From NCBI GenBank assembly GCA_052168235.1, contig JBQLZK010000004.1, positions 1 through 64,000 of the forward strand: 64,000 nt of DNA. The letters are read 5' to 3'. The position numbers and the translations under genes are program-made. The stretch comes from Thainema sp. (GTDB taxonomy: Bacteria > Cyanobacteriota > Cyanobacteriia > Phormidesmidales > Phormidesmidaceae). This document shows, piece after piece, positions 38,874 to 49,859 of this stretch. Each line of letters starts with the position of its first letter. Positions within the stretch are counted from its first letter, which is position 1. The notes beneath the pieces were generated by a model. That model saw only the letters and a list, made by a program, of their open reading frames with translations. It was not told the DNA's origin and ran no database searches.

Positions 38874-38919
38874 CAAGCGAATACCCAAAGCGGCATTAGC
38901 CGCTTTGGGTATTCGCTTG
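38874..38919. repeat. Perfect palindrome (21-bp arms)
   Basis: CAAGCGAATACCCAAAGCGGC-ATTA-GCCGCTTTGGGTATTCGCTTG. Confidence 0.9.
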
Positions 38920-38933
38920 GGTATTTGCATACG

Positions 38934-39104
38934 TTAATTCGATTCATTCAGCGTCCGATGAGCCGGATTTGTGGAAATAAACTGACCGTAGAAGCGGCTG
39001 AAGTGCCAGAACCGGATGAGTGCTTGCCGTGCAATATGGCGAGGTTCTTTGGCCTCAAAGTTTTCTGCTTCGACAAAATTGGTATGAACAGTGAGCCACA
39101 GCAT
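38934..39104 (-). CDS. Candidate 56-aa small protein (below the ORF track cut-off)
   Basis: AGAGGTG RBS then ATG; MLWLTVHTNFVEAENFEAKEPRHIARQALIRFWHFSRFYGQFISTNPAHRTLNESN. Confidence 0.45.
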   Translation of the reverse strand: MLWLTVHTNFVEAENFEAKEPRHIARQALIRFWHFSRFYGQFISTNPAHRTLNESN

Positions 39105-39371
39105 AATTCACCTCTTCTTTTCCTAATGGCAATACGGGTTGATGACTGTTTCTGATTACAGAAATTCTGATTACAGAAATAACTACAGATCAGGCACTCT
39201 GATTCCGCTCCAGTCCGATGAAGACTGGATAAATTTTGGCTTAATTTAAGTGTTCCCAAAGAGTGCTGAACTGGAGGACTAGCAGTAGGAATGAAGTGCG
39301 ATCGCGGCTTTCCTCGCTTGCTTGATTTCATCCTATGAAAATGCCTCAGCACAATCAAACGATGGCATCAA

Positions 39372-39665
39372 TTACATAGATGAAAGACATTCATATAGCT
39401 GAACCAGAGGCATAGGTTTAACCAGTGAGCGAATTTCAGCCCAAACTTTGCGCGTACCGTCTGATTCAGTTGAAATGACGGCGTAGTGTCCCTGATATTC
39501 AATTGCACAGGCCAATGCACAAGCTTTCACCCGCTCATCTGATGGGTACTGGGCAATCAGCTTGTAAATGCCGTTGTGAATGATGGCTCCTTTGTAAATT
39601 GCCCCATCGGCAAAGAACTTAAATTCAGAAATATCTGAGCCTGAAATAATCTGAAATCGGGTCAT
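39372..39665 (-). CDS. Hypothetical protein
   Basis: 97-aa ORF with ATG start filling an otherwise empty gap. Confidence 0.6.
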   Translation of the reverse strand: MTRFQIISGSDISEFKFFADGAIYKGAIIHNGIYKLIAQYPSDERVKACALACAIEYQGHYAVISTESDGTRKVWAEIRSLVKPMPLVQLYECLSSM

Positions 39666-39786
39666 GATGAGCTTCTTGGCATCCTAGCTAAGATGAACCG
39701 CGCAACACCATTGTATAAACGCTTTAGTAACGTCCGAATAAGAAACTTGTAAGAAGAGAAAAATCAGCACCGGCTGTATGGAGTGG

Positions 39787-40695
39787 CTAACTTTTATTCG
39801 AAGGATTCTGCGATCGCGGTAGATTGGTGCCGCAGCGCTTACAAAACAGCGCATCGTGGTCATGGAACGACAGGCCACAGGTGAGGCAGGTCAGCCGAAT
39901 TTGATCAACGGTTTTAATCACTCGCTTGATCAATTCGCCCAGTTGCCAGGGAATCAGCGCTACGCCAGTCAGGATCATCAGCACGGTCAGCCCTCGGCCT
40001 GCCGACGAAATGGGCGTCACATCGCCAAAGCCCACCGTGGTCATTGTTACAACTGAGAAGTAGAATGCATCAACGAAATTGGCAAATTGCTGGGGATTGA
40101 TGGGATGCTCTACCTGGTAGATCAGTCCTGAGTAGATGAAGGTGATGGAAAACAGCGTAAATACAATCCGAGCCAGAATAATGCCATCCTCAGTACGCAC
40201 CAATCCCAGCCAGGTTTGCTGATTGAGAAAGCGAACTAGCCGCAGCACCCGAAACCAGCGAAACAGCCGCAAAAAGCGGATGTCAACGAAGCCGAACAGA
40301 AACGGCACAATTGCCAGCAAATCCAAGATGGAATAGAGGCTAAACACGAATGCTCTTTTGTGCGGCGCGCACCAGAGCCGCAGACCATACTCCAGGATGA
40401 AAATGGCCAAGATGGCATCGTCTAGGAGGGCCAGCACAGTTTGCACCGTAGGCGGCAGGTCGTAGGTTTCCGCGACGAAAATGCTGGCCGATACCAGAAT
40501 TAAAACTGCGATCGCACCATTAAAGGCCGCTCCCGCTGGCGTTTGTACGTCGTCAAGATAGGCTGCAATTCGCTGACGCAGGGATTCATTTAAGCGAGGT
40601 TTGACGGCAGATGAACCAGAGGGTGGAGCAGAACGTTGCGATCCATCAGGATGATCGGGACTGTCTATAGAATCCATAGAAGTAAAATCTGCCAT
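39787..40695 (-). CDS. Voltage-gated potassium channel (6TM ion transporter)
   Basis: S4 RFLRLFRWFRVLRLVR, pore TMTTVGFGD, C-terminal CxxC...CxxC. Confidence 0.92.
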   Translation of the reverse strand: MADFTSMDSIDSPDHPDGSQRSAPPSGSSAVKPRLNESLRQRIAAYLDDVQTPAGAAFNGAIAVLILVSASIFVAETYDLPPTVQTVLALLDDAILAIFILEYGLRLWCAPHKRAFVFSLYSILDLLAIVPFLFGFVDIRFLRLFRWFRVLRLVRFLNQQTWLGLVRTEDGIILARIVFTLFSITFIYSGLIYQVEHPINPQQFANFVDAFYFSVVTMTTVGFGDVTPISSAGRGLTVLMILTGVALIPWQLGELIKRVIKTVDQIRLTCLTCGLSFHDHDALFCKRCGTNLPRSQNPSNKS

Positions 40696-41591
40696 TAATA
40701 ATCTGCCGAACGACGTAGTTTTAACAGCTACCGCTTGTAACGTTATAGCGAGTACAGCGTCCAGTTTAGCGAGTGCAATGATCGGTCTGAATAGAATCTC
40801 TCAAATTACGCTGCGCCATTAGCTCGTCTCTACGAATACTGCACTAATACTGCCAGGCAAGGCTTTCGTACAAGTCAGAATCAGTCCATTCTCAAAATCC
40901 GCAGAAAATAAAATGCTTAATGTTTTTTTAGCTATTTTTGTGTTTTTTAATACAATTGCTTGATTGAAATCTGTAGGGTCGATCCCCGGTGAGTAAGGAC
41001 ATTGATTTTTTGAGAGAGAACGTAATTTTAAGATGATTTTTGGGCCAAAGATGTATGAAATCTCGATGAGAAAAACCAAAGAAAATATATTTTTTCTCCG
41101 AACTTAAACGCCTATCTGAGCAGCCAAGCTGTAACGGATGCAGTATTGTGGGTGTTTCGGGGATCATTCCTTGGTGGGCGATCCCCAGTTTTATATCTGG
41201 GGTATTATTGCAATCTAGAGATGCCCTTGACATAATGAGGAGAGTTTCTAGTTACTCAAGTTTTATAAACTCAAACGAGTTCAATTCTTCTTAACTGTTG
41301 TTTACTTTATTGACTGACTCGACGATCGCAATTCAGCACATAAACAGTTTGGTTTTATGTAACAACTATTTAACAATTGCCCCATTGTTGCGATCGCTAC
41401 CAGTTAGATCTCAGTTGAATTGCTGCCAATTTGTGGTTTGAAGGAGTAGCCCGTAGAGTTGCTTTGAGGCAAATGCTGATTGAAACCAGTCCTATTTGAC
41501 GACAAAGCTTAATCTCTATTTCACGTTTAGGCGTTTAAGCAGCAATCTTAAAACTTCAGTGGCTTGCACGATTAAAAAAGGCTTTTAGGTT

Positions 41592-41792
41592 ATGAAAATG
41601 ATTCAGCAGACGGATTTAGTCCAGATCATTCACTGCCCCAACTGTGGTAGTCGTGCTGAGCGGGAGCATATCAGTGAGCGCAATGTTGTCCAGACTGAGT
41701 GCCCCTCTTGTGACTATTTCATGGTGATCCATGCTGAGACGGCTCAAGTTGTGGAAGCTTACGCACCCGGTCTTCCAGCCATGTTCCGCTAG
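41592..41792 (+). CDS. Small zinc-ribbon protein
   Basis: CPNCG...CPSCDY; EAYAPG. Confidence 0.75.
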   Translation: MKMIQQTDLVQIIHCPNCGSRAEREHISERNVVQTECPSCDYFMVIHAETAQVVEAYAPGLPAMFR

Positions 41793-41802
41793 TGTTGTTA
41801 CT

Positions 41803-41851
41803 CAAAACCTAGAGGGGGCTACCGCGTCGCGGTAGCCCCCTCTAGGTTTTG
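41803..41851. terminator. Perfect palindrome (23-bp arms) between convergent genes
   Basis: CAAAACCTAGAGGGGGCTACCGC-GTC-GCGGTAGCCCCCTCTAGGTTTTG. Confidence 0.7.
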
Positions 41852-41859
41852 TACGAAGC

Positions 41860-43554
41860 TTAAGCCTGCTGCTGTTTGACCAGCAGGGGAGCGGCCTGGA
41901 GCAGCACTTGGGTATAGGGATGCTGGGGCTGGGTGAAAAGCTGCTGGGTGGGGCCAATTTCGACGATTTTGCCCTGGTTCATCACCGCAATGCGATCGCA
42001 CAAGAAGCGAGCCACCCACAGGTCATGAGTAATAAATAAGTAGGTCAAATCCAGTTCCCGCTTCAGTTCCAGCATTAGCTCCAGCACCTGAGCCTGGACG
42101 CTGGCATCGAGCATACTGACGGGTTCATCGCAGATTAGCAGCTTGGGACGAGTGATCAGGGCGCGTGCGATCGCAACTCGCTGCTGCTGGCCGCCAGAGA
42201 GGTCGCTGGGGAAATAATCGTAGTACCGCTCTGCCGGAGTGAGGCCGACGCGCTCCAGCATATCCAGCACCTGCTGACGGGCTTTTGAGGAGTCGGCTAA
42301 ACCGTGAATCAGCAGCGGATCGGCAATGCTCTGGCCGACGGTCATGGTCGGATTGAGGCAGGCGTGGGGGTCTTGAAACACCATCTGCATGTGGCGGCGC
42401 TGTTTGCGTACCTGCGACTTGGGCAAATGGGTTAGATCTTCGCCCAGAAACTCGACGCTGCCTCCGGTCGGTTCAATCAGCCGTAAAATCGTGCGGGACA
42501 GGGTAGATTTGCCGCAGCCGGATTCGCCCACCAGTCCCAAAATTTCGCCAGCATACAGCTCCAGCGTCACGCCATCTACGGCTGGAATGGTTTGATTCGG
42601 CTGCTTAGAGAAAATGCGGGCCAGGACGTTGGGTTCAATTACATAATGCTTTTGCAAGTCGCTCAGCTTGAGCAGCGGTGCCTTATCTGGAACCGAATCC
42701 AGTGGCGTCTGGCGATTTTCGGCGGAGGTTTGCAGATGAAACGCTGCATTGAGCAGAGATTTCGTGTACTCATGCTGCGGATTGGCCAGAATGTCGGCTG
42801 TATTGTGCAGTTCCACCAGTTCGCCCTTGTACATGACCGCAATGCGATCGCAATATTCCCCCACCAGCGCCAGATCGTGGGAAATCAGCATCAGCGCCAT
42901 GCCCCGCTCTTCGCACAGGCGGGTCAGCTCTTGCAGAATTTGGGCGGAAACCGTGACATCCAAACTAGTCGTCGGCTCATCGGCCACGATCAGCTTGGGG
43001 TTGAGCAACAGCGCGAGTGCGATCGCAACTCGCTGCCGCATACCGCCACTGAATTCGTGGGGATACTGGTTCCAGCGATCTGCCGGAATATTGACCGCTG
43101 CCAGGGTGGAAATGGCGACTTCTTTGGCTTGCGATCGCGACAGTTTCGGCTGGTGAGCGCGCAGGGTTTCAATACAGTGCTCACCAATCGTCATCAGCGG
43201 ATCGAGCCGGGTCATCGGGTCTTGAAAGACCAGCGCCACGGCTTCACCACGAAAGTGGCGCAGTTCGGCCTCGTTTAAATCCAGGACTGACTTCCCCTCG
43301 AAGGTGACGCGACCTTCAACTTGGCTGGACGGCGGCAGCAGGCGCATGACGGCGCGACCCAGCGTGGACTTGCCGCAGCCGGATTCGCCCACTAAGCCCA
43401 GCTTCTCGCCCGGACGCAGCCTAAACGAGACATCGTCAACCGCCCATTCAATCGCTGCATCAGCCGCATCGCTGGTGCGACTGCCCGCACGGCTGGGGTA
43501 GGCGACCCGCAAATGCTCAATACAGAATAGGTCGTCGCTCATCGGCTTATCCAT
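41860..43554 (-). CDS. Fused DppD/DppF-type ABC ATP-binding protein
   Basis: Two GESGCGKST Walker A motifs, SGGMRQR/SGGQQQR signatures, HPYT/HEYT. Confidence 0.93.
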   Translation of the reverse strand: MDKPMSDDLFCIEHLRVAYPSRAGSRTSDAADAAIEWAVDDVSFRLRPGEKLGLVGESGCGKSTLGRAVMRLLPPSSQVEGRVTFEGKSVLDLNEAELRHFRGEAVALVFQDPMTRLDPLMTIGEHCIETLRAHQPKLSRSQAKEVAISTLAAVNIPADRWNQYPHEFSGGMRQRVAIALALLLNPKLIVADEPTTSLDVTVSAQILQELTRLCEERGMALMLISHDLALVGEYCDRIAVMYKGELVELHNTADILANPQHEYTKSLLNAAFHLQTSAENRQTPLDSVPDKAPLLKLSDLQKHYVIEPNVLARIFSKQPNQTIPAVDGVTLELYAGEILGLVGESGCGKSTLSRTILRLIEPTGGSVEFLGEDLTHLPKSQVRKQRRHMQMVFQDPHACLNPTMTVGQSIADPLLIHGLADSSKARQQVLDMLERVGLTPAERYYDYFPSDLSGGQQQRVAIARALITRPKLLICDEPVSMLDASVQAQVLELMLELKRELDLTYLFITHDLWVARFLCDRIAVMNQGKIVEIGPTQQLFTQPQHPYTQVLLQAAPLLVKQQQA

Positions 43555-43583
43555 TGGTTTTCTGCTGATCTGCGCTAGTCAAA

Positions 43584-44153
43584 TTAGTCTGAGTCGAAGC
43601 GGCGCATGAGATAGGCCACGCCAAAATCCCCATTGGGATGCTTTTCCAGCAGTTCAGCCAGTTCAAATACCTTGGCGGCCAAGTCGTCACCCAGTTTATC
43701 AATCGTGGCCTGTCGTTCACGGTGGCTGTAGGTCAGCTCCTTGACCCGCTCTTGCCAAGTATTGGAAAACAGCTTTTCAATCGAGGTATGCAGTCCCAAG
43801 GCTTCCAGCACCTCCCACTCGCCGCGATCACACCAGATACCGCCGCAGGCCATACAGCGCTCGACATAGAACGGATTTTTTAAGCTTACTTTCGCCCGAG
43901 ACAGATAGCGGCTGCAGTCGGGACAGAGAGCTGCACGGGTATCTTGGGGCGGCTGTTTGAACTCAACTTCCAGAATTTTGGGCAGCAGGGCTTCAGCAGA
44001 CGTATCGATGGGTGCTTGCTTAGCCTGCCAGCTTTGATACTGTTCGGCAGGAATCCAGGTGCCTTTGCAGTCTGGACAACACATCACCGATAGGTCACCC
44101 GCGATCGTTTGGGATTCGAGGGTGACGTTTTTATCTTTGGGACACTGTACCAA
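43584..44153 (-). CDS. zf-TFIIB-type double zinc-finger protein
   Basis: CPK, CPDCKGTW, CPDC, CMACGGIWCDRGEW. Confidence 0.8.
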   Translation of the reverse strand: MVQCPKDKNVTLESQTIAGDLSVMCCPDCKGTWIPAEQYQSWQAKQAPIDTSAEALLPKILEVEFKQPPQDTRAALCPDCSRYLSRAKVSLKNPFYVERCMACGGIWCDRGEWEVLEALGLHTSIEKLFSNTWQERVKELTYSHRERQATIDKLGDDLAAKVFELAELLEKHPNGDFGVAYLMRRFDSD

Positions 44154-44434
44154 TCGTGCGTTCTCCCTTCATTTGCGCTCAATATGCTCAGACTGCCACC
44201 AGGTTGTCTGGATTCTTGTACTGGTTGACACCGATTTGATTGTTCTTGATCTGTTCTATTAAACCATTGGATAGCCGTATATTCGGTATCTGATCATGAC
44301 TGATGATCATGGATCGATTCAATGAACCTGGCGGCAACTGCGACATGGCCTAAGTGGGTCATGCCGTTGCGATCGCAGATCCAGTAGCCTGGGATTAATT
44401 TAAATTAATTCCCCCGTAATCCCCCCTGTGAATT

Positions 44435-45718
44435 ATGACGCAACTCGACACCTGGCGTAATTTGGCGGCTGGCACCCTCGATTCTCTGATTCGCCGCATT
44501 AATAGTTCAACCTTTACGGTCGAAGATGGCCTGGTTGATAACCTGCTGCGTATTCTAGCTGGGCAGCCGCCCCGTCCGTTGAATCGTGACCCATACGTGG
44601 GCCTGTTCGGCGCTGGGTCAGTGGCTAATCTCCGCAGCCGCGCCGCCAGTGGAGTGCGCGTTTATCTAGAGCAGCTCGATGCGCTAAATTTGGTCAAGGC
44701 TGATGAGGAAGCAGATCGGCTGATTCGGGAACTGAGGAATTTTCCCACTGAGCGTCCTACGGGCGTACTGCCCTATGAATCCCTGTTTGGCTATACCGAT
44801 ACCAACATCAGCGAGTCCCAAATTGAGCTGTGGCGACGCCAGGCCGCTAATCGCCTCCAGTCGCTGATTGCCGATATTGCCAGTTCGACTCCGGTGGAAA
44901 CCGATTTCTTGGCCGATTCGCTGCTGCGCGCCTTGAGTAGCCAACCCGCCCGGCCGGCTGATCGCGATCCGTATCGGGGACTAATTTTGCTGCCCGAAAG
45001 CACGCCGTTTCGGGAATATCGTCTACGAGCCGCAGATGCATTGAAAATCTACATCGATAGCATTGATGAACCTAAACTCGGTTCCAAGGATGCGGTAATT
45101 GACGATGTGATTCGCAAAGTAACGCCCAATCCACTGCCCAGTCGTCCGATTAACCGTCTCCCCTACGAAGGTTTATTTCCCACCGCGACAGGCATTACCG
45201 CTGCTCAACTGCGGCAGATTGCGCCCGAGGCACCCGCCGATGTCGAGAAGTTCATCTCGCCGATTAACGTCACAATTGCAGAGTTTGATATCAATACTCC
45301 CCTCCGTCAGGCGCATTTTTTAGCTCAGATTGCCCACGAATCCGGAGGTTTTCGCTTTGTGGAAGAACTGGCTAGCGGCGATCAGTATGAAGGACGGCTC
45401 GACTTGGGCAATACGCAACCGGGTGATGGTCGCCGCTTCAAAGGCCGGGGGCTAATCCAAATTACCGGACGCAGCAACTACACCGCCTGTAGCTTAGGGT
45501 TAGGCTTAAACAATGCGCTGATCAATCAGCCGGACTTGCTGGAGCGCAGTGATTTGGCGGCTCGCAGCGCAGGCTGGTACTGGAATTCTCGCGGTATCAA
45601 TCGCTTCGCCGATCGCGATGATCTCAATGCCGTTACCCGTGCCATCAATGGTGGGTTGACCAACATTGAGGATCGGGCGCTGCGATTGAGTCGGGCAAAG
45701 CGATTGCTCGGAATCTAG
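44435..45718 (+). CDS. Glycoside hydrolase family 19 (lysozyme/chitinase) with N-terminal repeats
   Basis: AHFLAQIAHESGG, YEGR.DLGNTQPGDG.RFKGRGLIQITGRSNY, TRAINGG. Confidence 0.9.
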   Translation: MTQLDTWRNLAAGTLDSLIRRINSSTFTVEDGLVDNLLRILAGQPPRPLNRDPYVGLFGAGSVANLRSRAASGVRVYLEQLDALNLVKADEEADRLIRELRNFPTERPTGVLPYESLFGYTDTNISESQIELWRRQAANRLQSLIADIASSTPVETDFLADSLLRALSSQPARPADRDPYRGLILLPESTPFREYRLRAADALKIYIDSIDEPKLGSKDAVIDDVIRKVTPNPLPSRPINRLPYEGLFPTATGITAAQLRQIAPEAPADVEKFISPINVTIAEFDINTPLRQAHFLAQIAHESGGFRFVEELASGDQYEGRLDLGNTQPGDGRRFKGRGLIQITGRSNYTACSLGLGLNNALINQPDLLERSDLAARSAGWYWNSRGINRFADRDDLNAVTRAINGGLTNIEDRALRLSRAKRLLGI

Positions 45719-45782
45719 GCGTCTATTTTTTGGACAGAATCGGGAATACTGCCAGAGTAAGGTATCGCTCACTCCCACCCCT

Positions 45783-47666
45783 ATGCCAAATTCTGAGTCT
45801 CAGTCCTCTAGGCAATCTGCGATCGCACAACAGTGGGTGCAATCGCCCCTTCAATTGGCAGTTTCTCTGGAGCAAAAAGGTAGCCTCCGCACCAAGATCA
45901 TGCGTGGCTACGTATTGGCATTGGGCATTGCAGTGTTCGGTACCACAACCGGATTAATCATCGGCAATCAGCTCCAGCAGCGAGCACTGGCGGCCCGGAA
46001 TGCCGCTGCTCGCGAGCGCCAACTGGTCAATCAGCTCCAGGTTGATATTCTCTATAACCGTCCGGCCAAGCAGCTTTCTCCTTACTTGCAGGAGCCACAG
46101 CGCTTTCGGCAAGAGAGCCGCGCCATGATCGAGCGAATTGATGGGATTCAGCAACTGCTGCGGCAGCAAAATCAGTCAGAGGAGCCGCTACAGCTTCCAG
46201 GTTTACAGTCGCTCCTCACCGAATACGAGCAGAGCGTTCAGGTCTTTTCCGGCAAACTGGAGACTGCGATCGCACAATTATTACCGATGACGGCTGATCC
46301 AGCCCAGCGAGTTCAGGCTGAGCAGACGCTGCTGAATTTGGTCAGAAGTCCAGAGTTTGTGGCCTTCATTGAGTTTCCCGACCAGCTCGTCGAGTACAAC
46401 AACCGCGCCACCACGCTAGAGCGAGCCGCCGAAACAAACCTGCTGCGAGCTGAAACGCTGCGCATGCAGATTATTATCCTGAGCTTAGTGATGTCGAGTG
46501 CGATCGCATTTGTACTGGCTTTGCGTACCAGTCGAATTATCACGCAGCCACTGCAGCAGGTGACGAGCGTGGCCCAACAGGCCGCCAAAGAGTCCAATTT
46601 TGATCTGCGGGCCGATGTTTACACCCAAGACGAAGTGGAAACCCTGGCGCAGTCTCTGAATCAGCTAATCGAGCGGGTCAAAGTCTTACTGGCCGAACAG
46701 AGGGCGGCAGAAGCGCAACTAGTACATAGCGAGAAAATGTCCAGCTTGGGGCAACTGGTGGGAGGCGTTGCCCATGAGGTGAATAATCCAGTCAACTTTA
46801 TTCACGGCAACCTCAACCATGCTGGAGCCTACGCTGCCGATTTGCTCGACATCATTGAGCTTTATCAACAGCATTACCCTCAACCCGCAGATGCGATCGC
46901 AGAAAAACTGGCCGATGTTGACTTTGAGTTCATCCGCAGTGATTTACCCAAGCTGTTCACCTCCATGCAGGTTGGCACCGATCGCATTCGTAAGATCATC
47001 GCGTCCCTTCGCACCTTTGCCCGTTTGGATGAAGCTGAACGGAAAACTGTCGATATTCACGAAGGGATTGACAGCACGCTGATGATTTTGCGTAATCGCC
47101 TGAAAGTCCATCAGCCACCGATTCAAGTCGAAAAACACTACGGTTCACTGCCGCTAGTCGAGTGCTTCCCCAGTCAGCTCAATCAGGTGTTTATGAATAT
47201 CTTGATGAATGCCGTTGATGCACTGGAAAGTTGCGATCGCACTCCCTTGACTGACTATTACGATCAGCAAGCGAATACCATCACAATTTCCACCTCTATT
47301 TGCAGTGCAAACGGTCGTTCCTCTGATGAGAAATTCGCGCCCAACCCTGAGGTCAGTCAGTTCGCTACTCTCCCGATCGAGCAAGCCTGGGTTGAAATTC
47401 AGATTTCGGATACTGGCTCTGGTATTCCAGCCAATATCCGAACCAAATTATTTGATCCGTTCTTTACGACGAAACCAGTCGGCAAAGGCACAGGACTCGG
47501 CCTCTCCATCAGCCACCAAATCATTGTTGATATGCATCGCGGCCAGCTCGACTGCGAGTCCACACCAGGTCGAGGTGCAGCATTTATCATCCGCATCCCC
47601 GTCCGCCAACCGAAGATGTCACCCAGTGCGATCTCCGCATCGGCCCCCCAACCCACAGCCGTTTAA
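45783..47666 (+). CDS. Membrane sensor histidine kinase with HAMP
   Basis: EKMSSLGQLVGGVAHEVNNP, QVFMNILMNA, DTGSGI, FDPFFTTK, GTGLGL. Confidence 0.95.
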   Translation: MPNSESQSSRQSAIAQQWVQSPLQLAVSLEQKGSLRTKIMRGYVLALGIAVFGTTTGLIIGNQLQQRALAARNAAARERQLVNQLQVDILYNRPAKQLSPYLQEPQRFRQESRAMIERIDGIQQLLRQQNQSEEPLQLPGLQSLLTEYEQSVQVFSGKLETAIAQLLPMTADPAQRVQAEQTLLNLVRSPEFVAFIEFPDQLVEYNNRATTLERAAETNLLRAETLRMQIIILSLVMSSAIAFVLALRTSRIITQPLQQVTSVAQQAAKESNFDLRADVYTQDEVETLAQSLNQLIERVKVLLAEQRAAEAQLVHSEKMSSLGQLVGGVAHEVNNPVNFIHGNLNHAGAYAADLLDIIELYQQHYPQPADAIAEKLADVDFEFIRSDLPKLFTSMQVGTDRIRKIIASLRTFARLDEAERKTVDIHEGIDSTLMILRNRLKVHQPPIQVEKHYGSLPLVECFPSQLNQVFMNILMNAVDALESCDRTPLTDYYDQQANTITISTSICSANGRSSDEKFAPNPEVSQFATLPIEQAWVEIQISDTGSGIPANIRTKLFDPFFTTKPVGKGTGLGLSISHQIIVDMHRGQLDCESTPGRGAAFIIRIPVRQPKMSPSAISASAPQPTAV

Positions 47667-47714
47667 TCCCTCACCTCACTGCTCCAGACCGCTACCGATT
47701 CCGAGTAGCTCGAA

Positions 47715-48080
47715 TTACGGATGCTGCTTACGGTAGCTCAACAACCAATTGGCCATCGTTGCCCGACGCGTCAAGCGAGGAATCAATTGATCAACTGAAT
47801 AGCCCTTAAAGCCCAACTCTTCTTTCAACAACTGCTTATTGGTCTTTGGAATTGAGCGGGTCAGTTGCACTGTCGCCGGACGGCTTTCGATAAAATTGGG
47901 CGGTTCAGGATACTTCTCGCGCCAGGTTTCCTCAACTTGAGTGATGTCCCACTGCTGGGTCGATTCGTCATAGCGATAGCCCAAATAGTGCCACACCAGT
48001 TGATTCACCGTGGCATCATCTAATTCTTCGTTGAGGATCGCCCAGATGGTTTCAGTCGTGAGTGGCGGTAGATCTGACAT
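47715..48080 (-). CDS. DUF1823 family protein
   Basis: LGYRYD, RPATVQLTRSIP..KQLLKE.LGF.GY, P..TRRAT.ANWLL. Confidence 0.8.
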   Translation of the reverse strand: MSDLPPLTTETIWAILNEELDDATVNQLVWHYLGYRYDESTQQWDITQVEETWREKYPEPPNFIESRPATVQLTRSIPKTNKQLLKEELGFKGYSVDQLIPRLTRRATMANWLLSYRKQHP

Positions 48081-48122
48081 ATCAATTAGCAATTAGAAAT
48101 TTCAGAAATTATCAATCAGCAA

Positions 48123-48755
48123 CTAATCCTGTGTTTTAACGAAACCAAATCGATCAAACGGCCAGAAGCGGAAGAAGGCGCGGCCAATGATGTTCTGGCG
48201 CGGCAAGAAGCCCCAAACGTGGGAGTCGTTGCTGTTATTGCGATTGTCGCCCATGACAAAGTATTGGTCATTGGGCACAAGTGCTGGCCCCCATTCATAG
48301 TTGGGTGGCTGAAGAATATAGGGTTCTCTCAGTTGTTGCCCATCTGCGTAAACCTGACCGTTATGCACCTCAATCTGCTGTCCCGGCTGACCAATCACCC
48401 GCTTGATAAAGGCTTGATCCGGTAAATAGCCCCGCTCCTGTAGCGCTTGCGGTGGCTCAAAAACAATGATATCGCCCGGTTCTGGCTGATGGAATCGATA
48501 AGATACCTTTTCAACCACTAACCGATCGCCAATTTTCAGCGTCGGCAGCATGGAATCAGACGGGATAAATCGCGGTTCTGCCACAAACAACCGAATCAGC
48601 AGCGCTAAGCCAAGTGCGATCGCAAGTAGCCGCACGTTTTCGCCCTGACTCTGCCACAGTTTTTGTAACCAGGACAATGATGGCTCAGCATCCTGGGTTG
48701 CCGGCGTTGGAGAGTTGGTTGAGGAAGTCGGCTGGTCTTTTTCGTCAACGGTCAT
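48123..48755 (-). CDS. lepB: Signal peptidase I
   Basis: IPSDSMLPTL, FIKRVIG, MGDNRNNSNDSH.WG. Confidence 0.95.
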   Translation of the reverse strand: MTVDEKDQPTSSTNSPTPATQDAEPSLSWLQKLWQSQGENVRLLAIALGLALLIRLFVAEPRFIPSDSMLPTLKIGDRLVVEKVSYRFHQPEPGDIIVFEPPQALQERGYLPDQAFIKRVIGQPGQQIEVHNGQVYADGQQLREPYILQPPNYEWGPALVPNDQYFVMGDNRNNSNDSHVWGFLPRQNIIGRAFFRFWPFDRFGFVKTQD

Positions 48756-49057
48756 TGGCGTTCTGCGCTGTTGTCAATAGTTATCAATATAAATATCGCG
48801 GTGGGGGTTTCAGCTCATGATTGTGGGGGTGCAGTCCGCATATTCGTGAGCGTTTGAAAACAACCATCATCGCTTATGGGATTGTAACGCGGCAGGGTTC
48901 GACCCGAAGAAATCGGCAATTGAACTTGATTGCACTCTATAAAACTCGATAAATTTAGGCCAGATTTTGGACTGGATTTGGCTAGGGCTTTGATCCGGAT
49001 CAACGTTTAACTGTACGATGCAATTCGTACCGTTGTATGACCCATTGAGAATTGTCT

Positions 49058-49783
49058 GTGCGTAAGATTGTCATTGCCGGAAACTGGAAAATGTTCAAAA
49101 CCCAAGTAGAAACCCAGGAGTTTCTGCAAGGGTTTATGCCGTTGCTCTCCGAAACCCCGGAAGAGCGGGAAGTCGTCCTCTGTGCGCCTTTTACCGATTT
49201 GGGTACGCTGTCGCGCAACCTCCACGGCAGCCGGATTAAAGTCGGAGCGCAAAACGTTCACTGGGAGGAGACCGGCGCATTTACGGGTGAAGTTTCGGCT
49301 CCCATGCTGACAGAAATAGGTGTGCGGTATGTCGTGATCGGCCACAGCGAACGTCGCCAATATTTTGGAGAAACAGACGAAACGGTCAATTTACGTCTCA
49401 AAGCAGCTCAAAGTCACGGTCTGACCCCAATTCTCTGCGTCGGCGAATCAAAAGCGCAGCGGGATGCAGGCGAGACAGAAAAAATTATTAGCCAGCAGCT
49501 CGAAAAAGATCTAGTGGATGTTGATCAGGCTAATTTGGTGATTGCCTATGAACCAATTTGGGCCATCGGTACAGGTGACACCTGCGAATCTGGTGAAGCG
49601 AACCGAGTAATTGGCCTCATTCGCAGCCAGTTAACCAATAAAGACGTCTCCATTCAGTACGGGGGGTCGGTAAAACCTGGCAATGTAGATGAAATCATGG
49701 CCCAGCCTGAAATTGACGGTGCCCTAGTCGGCGGTGCGAGTTTAGAGCCAGAAAGCTTTGCTCGAATTGTAAATCACCAATAG
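49058..49783 (+). CDS. tpiA: Triosephosphate isomerase
   Basis: [35 protein letters not shown]. Confidence 0.98.
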   Translation: MRKIVIAGNWKMFKTQVETQEFLQGFMPLLSETPEEREVVLCAPFTDLGTLSRNLHGSRIKVGAQNVHWEETGAFTGEVSAPMLTEIGVRYVVIGHSERRQYFGETDETVNLRLKAAQSHGLTPILCVGESKAQRDAGETEKIISQQLEKDLVDVDQANLVIAYEPIWAIGTGDTCESGEANRVIGLIRSQLTNKDVSIQYGGSVKPGNVDEIMAQPEIDGALVGGASLEPESFARIVNHQ

Positions 49784-49859
49784 ATTGGGCTAAATCCACA
49801 ATGAGCAGTACTGTTGGGTGGGCAATGCCCACCCTGCTTTTAGGAATGTTTGAAATTCT

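Noticed and set aside
40819..41233. Two ORFs in the AT-rich gap
   Set aside because: No recognisable motifs, atypical composition and mutual overlap; more likely promoter DNA.
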